The translations under genes were made by a program, and so were the position numbers. A stretch of DNA of 64,000 nucleotides from Azolla caroliniana (lineage: Eukaryota; Plantae; Polypodiophyta): contig JBHGNT010000004.1 of NCBI GenBank assembly GCA_043228905.1, positions 21,328,001-21,392,000 of the forward strand, in the 5' to 3' direction. Each line of letters opens with the position of its first letter. Positions within the stretch are counted from its first letter, which is position 1. The notes beneath the pieces were generated by a model. The model was not told the DNA's origin and ran no database searches. It was given only the letters and a program-made list of their open reading frames with translations. Below, piece after piece: positions 1 to 8,875 of the stretch.

Positions 1-388
1 ATAGTTAGATACTGATCGGTGATGAGAATCTCCTTGGTAGCACATATTCATTAGGTAGAGAATCGAGGAGTATCTCTGTCCGAAAGGACAGAGAATAAAA
101 GTGACGTAACAGACTGTAACGTCTCCCTCTCCTTGGGCTATAAAAGGAGAGGAAATGGGACTAAGTGGGATCATGATATAGAGGACGAAGTCGGACTGGG
201 ACCAAGCTCTTCTTGTCTGTCTTTCATTGTTCTCGTCAGGGTTTGGGAGACTGCCTCTGCTTTGTAGAAAGCTCGAGTGCTTCCGGCAGAGGCTCCATCT
301 CGCGTTGTCCGTGTGCGTTGTGTGGGTTGGTGTCTGCGCGTTGACGCTTACCGGCTAGTCGGCTGTAATCTTGATCATAAGTATATAA
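1..388 (+). mobile_element. Left part of an LTR-like sequence ('LTR X'), interrupted by element A and continuing at 4073-4242
   Basis: TATA-like CTATAAAAGG near 139. It is bounded by the element A TSD (TATAA at 384-388). The 5' end lies outside the window. Confidence 0.45.
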
Positions 389-848
389 TGTTAGTCGGCC
401 AGCAAGGAAAGTCTAGAATGGAAGAAGGGGATAATTCATAACCAAGAGCTGATTATCTATAATATTTAGAATTATTATGAATTTGAGAGCGAACGGACGG
501 ACCTGGAATCGGTATGCCGATCCGGATCCGAACTGGTTCGTAGCCGGTTGCTGGTTGGCACCGGTTTGTACCTAGAGCCGGGGACCTATAAAAGGACCCG
601 GTATGTTGGTAATGAATTAGGGGATAATTAATAGAGTGTTGTTGTTCTGTATCTTAATCAGTGTTAATTACCATTCTATGCTAAGTGTAATTCATCTTAT
701 GCGTGTATTGTGACTAATGATCTGATTAGTAACTAATTAGGGTCTTATTAGTAGTTCGGTCTAAGTCTATCTCACCGCAACACCCTTTGGTGAAGTATCT
801 CAAAGGGACACTTTGTGTTAGGGCATTGTCCAGCCCCTAGGGACAACA
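389..848 (+). repeat. 5' LTR of element A
   Basis: TG...CA ends and TATA box CTATAAAAAGG near 586. It is a direct repeat of 3606-4072 and is followed by a mutated PBS (TAGCGACCACGATTCC). Confidence 0.9.
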
Positions 849-903
849 CAGTTTTTAGCGACCACGATTCCTGCACAAACGCAGCAAATAGTGGCGGGCA
901 TCG

Positions 904-1948
904 ATGACTAGACCAACAAATGACCCGGTTACGGAGCGGGCAAGAAGACTTTCCGAACGATTGCGAAAGCGAGAGGCTTTCCAGCAAGCGGCAGGAGAGA
1001 TCCATGCAGATCGATCATTTTCCAAAGTAATCCGGTGAGTGGCCGCGGAGTCACTCCACGTGCAGCAGAATTCCCACCCGGACGAAGGAAGCAGCTTGAG
1101 CAGTGTTCAGGACGTGGAATCCATTCTGCAAGCATTAGCGACAAGGGCAGGCCATTCGGAACTGTTCTCGGCCTTCGAATCGGATTCGGACGGCAAATGC
1201 AGCGCCCATTCGAATTACTGTAGCAGCCACGATACCCCAGACGGACCGGAGGACGAGCAGTCGGATATCTTGCCAACACCAAAACCGGAATTAACGGAAC
1301 TGGAAGCCCTAGACCAGCGAGAGGAGGAAAAACCTCCGACACCGAAAGAAGAGGAGGAAAAACCTCTGACACCGAAAGAAGAGGGGAGACCTCCGACACC
1401 ACCAGCCTGTGTTCCGACACCGGACGACGACATGCCGTTCCAATATCCCAAGTACCGAGATGATCCGGACGCGGAAGCTCATGTCTATGCATTTCTACAA
1501 ACATGGGAAGCAAACCATGTGTCGCAATGCTTTGACCGCCGCCAAAGCAGAACGCTCGAAGATTGTAGAGTTCGGCATGACCTTGGAAGGACCAGCCGCG
1601 CGATGGCTCTTGACGCACCCTCCTAGCACCATCACGATGTTTGAGGACTTAAAAACCGGATTTTTACAGTTCTTCAACAAGGAGGTAGATCAATGGGAGA
1701 TGGTCGTCCTATTCTACACCATATGGCAGGAACCGACGGAAACCATTTAGTAATTTGTAATCCAGTTCCAACGAATGCACAGCCAGCTAAATCGAGCACC
1801 ACCGGAAGTAGAGGCTAAAGCAATATTCCTAGCAGCACTCTGGGAACCCCTACGCACTGTGTGCGCAGTCATTGATTTCCGCACTAGCTCAATTGACCAT
1901 TTCATAGACCGGGTCAAGGAGATGCAGAAAACAAGCTCGTGGAATTAG
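904..1948 (+). pseudogene. Decayed gag 5' half of element A
   Basis: MTRPTNDPVTERARR... and MPFQYPKYRDDPDAEAHV... align with the element B Gag. It has stops and frameshifts and ends at EMQKTSSW. Confidence 0.85.
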
Positions 1949-3552
1949 AGAAGGCCCGGTCAAGAATCTAGAGCATGGAGGAAGACGTAGAGAAGGCCAG
2001 AACAGAAATGGCCAAGTTGGTCATAGAAGGACCACAGCAATCAGAACCGATGGCTCCGGTAACTTTACAGAGCAATAAGACCCTGGTGACTGAGGCAGGC
2101 CCGGATACTAATAAAACACCAGCGCAAGAGCTCACCACATTACGGGAAGACCTGGTAGCACAAGAAGCCTTACGAGCTAGGGTGCGAGAATTGAAAAAAG
2201 TGGCAGAGGAGGAACAAAGGAAGACGACCGACAGCCTTCGCCGAGCAGAGGAAACCTTGAGAAGAGGTCATCAAGCGTATGACCGGCTGAAGGAAGAGAA
2301 AGATAAACTCCTGCAAGATAAAGAGAAACTCTGACGAACGACGGAAGTGGAGATTGAGCGCCTTAAAGAGGAGCTCCGGCAACAAAAAGACCGTGAGGAC
2401 TATGCTCGCCGGCTAATCAATCAAAAGCTAAAATAGAAAACTGACGACTTCATCCGACTGCCCCAGATTATAAGCATTTGGATACTGATCATAAGAAATT
2501 GATTACTGGCATTGATGGACGAGCAGTTGAAGGGAGCCGAAGTAGCTAAACAACTAGCAGAAGCAGCGAAAGAGCGATTGGACCTTCAATTGAAGCACCA
2601 CGTGGAAATGGAGCGCGCTACAATGGCTCTGAACAAAGTTCAGACGACCTATCAGACCCAGCTCATGCACTACATAAGCCAAGAAGTGGCAACCGCGAGC
2701 CTGATCAAACAATTGAAGGACGAAAAATAGGCCGCGGAGAACAAGTCAAAGATGGGGCTAGGGCGGATCCGGGACATCGTACTGGCATGGAGGAATCAAA
2801 TGAAGCAATTGGTGGAAGAAAGTTTAGTACAGTGGTGGTCTAAGTGGGCTAAGCAGGCAGCGGAGCTACAGCTGCTGCGGGCAGATGCGGAAAACCGGCG
2901 GAAAGAGGGCGACGAAGTTTACATCATGGATAAGGAAAGCATCAAAGCGATAAAGGAAGAATTGTCAGATGATTTCATATCCTTGGTTGATGAGCAGATG
3001 GTGGCGGTACGCCAATTGGTGGCACAGTTGGATGATGACCAGTTGGACAACCAACTTCGTTTCGTAAGGTACGAACGGGAACGGCGACAGCAAGAAGCGG
3101 CCAAGAAAACTGCGGCGATTAGCATTAGTGACGAGGAGCCATCTTCAAAACAAACGTTGGTTAAAGTCAGGGGAAGCCAACCAGACAGTACTTAGGAGGA
3201 GCCGCTCAAGGAAGGTCATCCGCAGGAACCGATGCACGCGGGACAACAGAACCAGGAGACATCAAGACCAGTAGAGCTGGAAAAGGAGGAAGAGCCGGTA
3301 AGACCAGTAGAGCCGAAAAAGGAGGAGGAGCCGGTCAGACCAACAGAGATGCAGGAAACGGACGTCAACCAGAAGCGGCCACAACTGGAGCCGGAGCGAC
3401 AACAAGAGCAGCCACAGCCGAAGGAACAGCAGAAGTCGGGGCACCAGCGAGAGGAGGAACAATATCAACAGTAGCTGACGACAGAACGGCTTCCCGAGGA
3501 ACCATTGGAACCCTTAGATCAAAGCATTTTGGACATATTGGAGGAAGAATGA
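1939..3552 (+). pseudogene. Decayed C-terminal half of the 3' extra ORF (coiled coil) of element A
   Basis: Peptides AQEALRARVRELK, GHQAYDRLKEEK, WWSKWAKQAAELQLLRADAENRRKEGD and VRQLVAQLDDD match the element B extra ORF. Several in-frame stops are present. Confidence 0.85.
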
Positions 3553-3605
3553 AAGCCGGATCGAGGGATTCGACATACAAGCTACTGTCCCACGGGTGTG
3601 CCATG

Positions 3606-4072
3606 TGTTAGCCGGCCGGCAAGGAAAGTCCTGAATGGAAGAAGGGGATAATTAATAACCGGGAGCTGATTATCTATAATATTTAGAATTATTATGATTT
3701 TGAGAGCGAACGGACGGACCCGGAATCGATATGCCGATCCGGATCCGGACCAGTTCGTAGCCGGTTGCCGGTTGGCACCGGTTTGTACCCAAAGCCTGGG
3801 ACCTATAAAAGGACCTGATATGTTGGTAATGAATTAGAGGATAATTAATAGAGTGGTGTTGTTCTATATCTTAAGATTTAGTGTTAATTATCGTTTTGTG
3901 CTAAGTGGTATTCATCTTACGCATGTATTATGACTAATGATCTTGCCGATTAGTAACTAATTAGGGTCTTATTAGTAGTTCTCTCTAAGTCTATCTCACC
4001 ACAACACCCTTTGGTGAAGTGTCTTAAGGGGACACTCTGTGTTAGGGCATTGTCCGGCCCCTAGGGATAACA
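3606..4072 (+). repeat. 3' LTR of element A
   Basis: TGTTAG...TAACA, a direct repeat of 389-848 with substitutions and small indels. Confidence 0.9.
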
Positions 4073-4242
4073 TATGAATTTGCCTTATTCGTTGTTCGAT
4101 CTTCGTTGTGAGTTCTCTGTGTATTTGTGCGTGCGACTCGGCCATGGTTTCGTGTCGCTCCTCCCTCTGTCTGGTTAGTCCACGGTTCAGGGCCCCTACA
4201 GTCCCGCCTTGATTTCTCCTGCGCGTGCAAAATAACACAACA
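4073..4242 (+). mobile_element. Right part of LTR X, ending in ...AACACAACA and inserted into the RT gene of the Tcn1-like element
   Basis: The CA terminus at 4242 coincides with the point where RT homology (EWKSASRTR) stops abruptly. Confidence 0.5.
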
Positions 4243-5364
4243 GCGTGTACGGGAAGCACTCTTCCATTCATCCCCAGGACGGATTCGAACAAGGTTGTAG
4301 GCACCTCGAAGATCTAACTTCGTGAAATATTTTGCTCCACTGAGGCGTTCTAGAAGGCTTGTCAAGATCAATGGTAGAGAATATCGGTTTCGAATCGTCA
4401 TTTTATTCAAGCCCCGATAATCCATGACCATACGAAGCGAACCATCTTTCTTCTTAACGAAAAAGATGGGTGCACCAATAGGAGATCTTGAATGTTGGAT
4501 AAAACCATTTGCCAGGTTCTCATTGATATATACTCGAAGAACCTCTAACTCCATTGGCGAAAGGTTATAAATTGGCCCCCATAGAGGTTCTTTTCCTGAC
4601 TGCAAATTAATCGGGAAATCATATGCTCGATGCTCTAGTAGTCTATTAGCCTTCACCTTATTGAACACATCGGAGAATTCTGTATACTTCTTTGGTAGTT
4701 GGACCCCCAATTCTTGTGAGCTAGATGAGGGAGTTGCTAAAATAGCGAACATAAACATGTCTTCCTTCCTTCCACCCTCACGTAACTGATGTATAGAGAT
4801 TGTTGAAATCGTGTGGGATCCCAAATCCTTTGTTGGAGTTTTAAAAGACTCAGACTGTACCGTGACCTTTTCGATAGTTCTTTTCCTCCAATCAATAGTT
4901 GGGTTATGTAGCTCAAAACAAGGATGACCAAGAACTAGGGAGTGCTTTGGACTACTAATGATGTTGAATGAGATGACACTAGCCAAATTACCTAGGACTA
5001 CACGAATTGGTTCAAACTCTTCAACTATATCACCTAATGTTACTGGGTATCGATGACTCCTATAGCTACTGGGTTCGGGAGCTTATTCAAGATAATGTTT
5101 TGTGTCAAGGAAAACTCACGATCCATGAAACAAGAATTGGCTCCGGAATCTAGGAGGGCAGAGGCTAGGACTCAATGACCTGTAGATGTGCCAAGCTCGA
5201 CTTGTGCAAAAAAAACTCTACTAACTTGATTTGATGAAATGGAACCATGACTAGGTATTAACTCTACATATCTAGGATGACCCAACCAAATGGCTCCTAT
5301 TTTGGCTGGACTTATTCATTTAACACATCCTCTAATTGGCTCAAGACATCAAATCTATTATCAT
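4243..5364 (-). pseudogene. Protease and RT N-terminal part of a decayed Tcn1/Tf1-like Ty3/Gypsy chromovirus
   Basis: ALLDSGANSCFMD protease motif near 5125-5160. RT motifs SPIGAPIFFVKKKDGSLRMVMDYRGLNK and FTKLDLRGAYNLVRIRPGDEWK. Confidence 0.85.
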
Positions 5365-5369
5365 CGCAT

Positions 5370-5780
5370 TGTTACTCTCTTAGCCGGACAAGGCCTAACA
5401 CAAGGTGTCACGGAGACACTTCACCAAAGGGTGATTACGGCATAGGATTAAGATTCAATGATTACACCGACTTACGTAGGTTACACTACTAGATTGCTTT
5501 GGTTAATTACACGCGTAAGATATAACAGTAATTACAGAACGGAAATCAAGACAGAAGTATAAACAACATAAGCTCTACTAATTATCCGCTGCTATTACAA
5601 TGGGGTCCGGGCCTTTAAATAGGTTTCCGGCCCGTAGTACAAAACGGTGCCTCTCGCACCTATTCGGGATCCGTCCGGATCTGGAACGGCATACCGTTTC
5701 CAGTCCGTCCGTCCACACTATCCTCATATAATAATTAATTCCTTCACTCCGTATTTTGGACTCCTTGCCGGCCGGTAACA
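5370..5780 (-). repeat. 3' LTR of element B
   Basis: Identical by eye to 14783-15193. TATA-like TATTTAAAG on the minus strand near 5613-5621. Confidence 0.97.
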
Positions 5781-5782
5781 CA

Positions 5783-5800
5783 TGGCACGCCCGTGGGACA
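5783..5800 (+). promoter_or_regulatory. Antisense PBS-like motif (tRNA-Arg type) at the position normally occupied by the PPT
   Basis: The + strand reads TGGCACGCCCGTGGGACA, 2 nt from the LTR. The same motif occurs in element A at 3586-3603. Confidence 0.75.
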
Positions 5801-5937
5801 GTACCTTGTACGTCGAACCCTTCTCGGCCCCTTCATTGTTCACCCAAATTGTCCAAAATACTTGGTTCAAGAATTTCCGCTTGTTCTTTCGGTTGTGGTT
5901 GTTGCGGCTGTGCTTGCTGCTGCTGCTGTGATTGCGG

Positions 5938-8700
5938 TTATGACTGAGGTTGCTCCGGCTGCTCTGCTTGCTGCTGGTGCCCCATTTGTTTCTCTGGCTC
6001 CGGCATCTCCGTTTGACTGCTTCCGGTCCGGTCTCCTTCCAGTAACGGTTCCTCATCACTGAGGTTGACCGTAACTGGTTCTCGTTCTTTCTCTCCCCGG
6101 ATCCGGGACCTCTCGTAGCTTTCAAACTGGATCTGTGCCTCCAGCCTGTCGTCGTCCAGCTGAGCTACAAGTTGCCGGACTTGCTCTAATTGGTCTTCTG
6201 CCAAGGCTTGAAAGTCTTCGGCAAGCTCATCTCTTATGCCGGTGAAGTCTTCGGAAGTTAGCATATAGCAATCATCTCCCTCCTTCCGTCGGTTCTCTAC
6301 GTCAGCCCGGAGCAATTGGAGTTCCGCCGCGTTCGTGGCCCACTTGGTCCACCATTTGACGGAGCCGTTGTCAATCAAGCTCTTGGTCTGGTTCAACCAG
6401 GCCCGCATTATATCTTGGATGCGACTTGCTCCCATTTGAGCTCTGCTTTCCACCACTTGTCGCTCCTCCTTCAACTGCTTGATGAGATTTGCCGTATCCT
6501 CCGCCTGCTCTCTGTAGCGCGTCAGCTGCCCTTGATATGTCGTTTGCAGCCTCTGCAGTACCTCCGCCGCTCTTTCTTTTTCCGCCTGCTGTTGCCTGAG
6601 GAGCTCTGTCCGAACCTTCTCCGCCTCTTCCAACCGTCTTCTGTTTTCCGCTTGTTCCTTGGCGAATGCGGTTGCGGTCCGATCAACTGCTTGCCGGAGC
6701 TCATCCGTCCGTTCCTTGTGCTCCGTTTGCAACCGTTTATACTCCCGGTGCAATTGCTCAAATTCCTCCGTTTTTTGCTTGAGCTTGCCGTTGATCTGGC
6801 GATGGTTCCGGTCCTCCCGGTCCTTTACCTGCCGGAGTTCCTCTTTCAGGCGCTCTACTTCTGTTTCGGCGTTCCTCCGGAGCTTGTCCTTCTCTTGCAG
6901 CATTTTCTCCTTTTCCTCCTTGAGCCGGTCGTAAGCTTGGTGGCCTTTCCGTAAGCTCTCCTCGGCCCGGCGTAGATTCTCAGCAGTCTTTTTGAGTTCT
7001 GCCTCCGCTGCCGTCTTCAATTCTCTTTCGCGGCTCCTCAGCGCTTCTTGGGCAGCAAGCTCATCCTTTAAATCCGCAAGCTCTTGGGCTTGCGCCGCAT
7101 TTCTCTCCGGAACGGTTTCCGTTGCCGGGGTCTGATTGCTATGTACAGGTTGATTTGATACTTTATTCTGTACATTGCCCGGAGTCACCGGTGCTTGGAC
7201 TTGTGTTTCCCTTGTGACCCTGTCCAAGTCTTCTTCAAGGCTCCGGATTCTGGACCGGGCCGTCTCTAGATCTACGGTTGTGACGAGCAACCGTTCCTGG
7301 TGCGTTCTCTCTTCCGCCTCTATATACTCGACCACTCCGGCGATTTGCTCGCCTACCCACCGTAGCCACATGCTACTGGTGCCCTGTTGCTGTACTGGTC
7401 GAGTCGCCTCATTCACCGTGGAATTGTCTGGCCTGATTGCCTGCATATGCCGTTCTGGTTCTACTCCTTGGCCGCCGTGTGCTCTGGCTGGGCTCGCCGG
7501 CTGTTGAGTTCCGGTTCTCGCCGTCTCCGGAGCCGTTGGACTGACTTCTTCTATAGAAGTCGACAAGACCGGTTCCCTACGTACCGGTTCCGGTTCTTCC
7601 CTTGTGGTTTGCTCAGGTTGAGTTGGGGGCGTCTCTGCCTCTCGCGGGTACGACCGCTCCCCTCCTGTCTCGGCGGTCCTACTTCTCGACCGTCGTTGGA
7701 GGTGCTCTTCTGGCTCCTCCGTTTCCTCTTCCTGTGTCACGGCATGTTTCTGTGCCGTCAAGGGTTCCGGTTCCTTCTGTCCTGGTCTCCGTAAGGTTAT
7801 CTTGACGGGTCGGACCGGTGACACCTCCTCCGGTTCTGGGGCCCGTTTCTTCCCTTTCGTCGCCTTTGACGCCAGCAGCTGCTGTCGTTTGGACGCCGGC
7901 TTCGAGGTGCTCCCTTCCGATACTCTTGGCCGCTTCTTTGGCTGGACGGTCTCCACCGGCGGCACGAGCAATGTTATCCATTGAGCTACGGCGTGCCACA
8001 GCTTCCGGCCCTCCTTGCCGTCCTTCCCTCGTACCATGTCGATTGCCATGCACAGCCCGTCTGCAATCAGCACCGGCCAGTCCACCTTGACCCCTTCATA
8101 GGTGGCTATGATCATCCCTGCCCGATTTTTTGGCATGACAGGGGGTCGGGGGTACACGTGACCGTACTCATGGAGCACTCGAGCTATCTCCCTGAATAGC
8201 GGATCTTCGCCGCCTTGCGTCCGATAGCCTTTGCCGGCAACAGAGTACTCACCGAAATATCGGGTGAGTTGGTCCGAGGTTGGGTTATCGATCTGAAAGA
8301 TTCCTCCCTCCGGAAGGCCTGTTAGCGCGCGGATCGCTTCCTCGGTGATGACCTCTGTGGCGAGCTCCTTGATGACCCGGTCTGCTTCTCTGTGCGGCGG
8401 TGCCTCCATGATGGCCAAGAACCCCTCCAGTCCGTTTTGCCTGAACCATTTCCTGGCCGCCTCCGACAGCGTTTGCGGTTCCATGTCTGCTTCAAGGTCG
8501 ATGGAAGATGGCGAGGTAGAGTGGTGATGAGGGTGAGAGCGAGAGAGAGAGCGTTCTGAGCGCGGGGGTTCTCTGCGTGCAGGTTCGCGTTTGCTCAGCT
8601 TCCACTGTCTTGGTGCTTCTGTGCTTCTTGGCTCGCGAAATGAAAACGTCTCCATGCGTTCTGCTTCTTCTTTGTGCGTTTTGGCGCCTTTTTCGAGCAT
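5938..8700 (-). CDS. Extra ORF 3' of pol, sense orientation: plant-transposon (Athila ORF1-like) N-terminal domain plus a long coiled coil
   Basis: ORF of ~920 aa from the first ATG at 8700. ITEEAIRALTGLP and GVKVDWPVLIADGL motifs, a basic NLS-like KKRPR, and an E/R/K/Q-rich heptad region. A homolog is present in element A. Confidence 0.8.
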   Translation of the reverse strand: MLEKGAKTHKEEAERMETFSFREPRSTEAPRQWKLSKREPARREPPRSERSLSRSHPHHHSTSPSSIDLEADMEPQTLSEAARKWFRQNGLEGFLAIMEAPPHREADRVIKELATEVITEEAIRALTGLPEGGIFQIDNPTSDQLTRYFGEYSVAGKGYRTQGGEDPLFREIARVLHEYGHVYPRPPVMPKNRAGMIIATYEGVKVDWPVLIADGLCMAIDMVRGKDGKEGRKLWHAVAQWITLLVPPVETVQPKKRPRVSEGSTSKPASKRQQLLASKATKGKKRAPEPEEVSPVRPVKITLRRPGQKEPEPLTAQKHAVTQEEETEEPEEHLQRRSRSRTAETGGERSYPREAETPPTQPEQTTREEPEPVRREPVLSTSIEEVSPTAPETARTGTQQPASPARAHGGQGVEPERHMQAIRPDNSTVNEATRPVQQQGTSSMWLRWVGEQIAGVVEYIEAEERTHQERLLVTTVDLETARSRIRSLEEDLDRVTRETQVQAPVTPGNVQNKVSNQPVHSNQTPATETVPERNAAQAQELADLKDELAAQEALRSRERELKTAAEAELKKTAENLRRAEESLRKGHQAYDRLKEEKEKMLQEKDKLRRNAETEVERLKEELRQVKDREDRNHRQINGKLKQKTEEFEQLHREYKRLQTEHKERTDELRQAVDRTATAFAKEQAENRRRLEEAEKVRTELLRQQQAEKERAAEVLQRLQTTYQGQLTRYREQAEDTANLIKQLKEERQVVESRAQMGASRIQDIMRAWLNQTKSLIDNGSVKWWTKWATNAAELQLLRADVENRRKEGDDCYMLTSEDFTGIRDELAEDFQALAEDQLEQVRQLVAQLDDDRLEAQIQFESYERSRIRGEKEREPVTVNLSDEEPLLEGDRTGSSQTEMPEPEKQMGHQQQAEQPEQPQS

Positions 8701-8807
8701 GCACACGTCGTGTACCAATTTAGTATTAAGTAGCGTGGCGTCTCTTAAATGCCCACTACGTACCTTTTCGCGCCTTGCTTTTACACCCGTTCATACCTCG
8801 ATTTTTA

Positions 8808-8811
<4 letters not shown>

Positions 8812-8850
<39 letters not shown>
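8812..8850 (-). repeat. Poly(A) tract of about 39 nt between the pol stop codon and the extra ORF
   Basis: Run of T on the + strand. Confidence 0.9.
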
Positions 8851-8854
<4 letters not shown>

Positions 8855-8875
8855 ATTTACTGACGGTGTGTGACC

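Larger units (their letters stand above)
389..4072 (+). mobile_element. Element A: internally deleted, non-autonomous Ty3/Gypsy LTR retrotransposon related to element B
   Basis: Two similar but diverged LTRs (TGTTAG...AACA) at 389-848 and 3606-4072. TSD is TATAA/TATGA (1 mismatch). The interior is decayed gag plus a decayed 3' extra ORF, with no PR/RT/RH/IN. Confidence 0.9.

Noticed and set aside
5818-5837. Purine-rich patch AATGAAGGGGCCGAGAAGGG as a candidate PPT
   Set aside because: It is ~40 nt from the LTR, interrupted by pyrimidines and poorly conserved in element A. A PPT normally abuts the LTR. Kept only as an alternative hypothesis.
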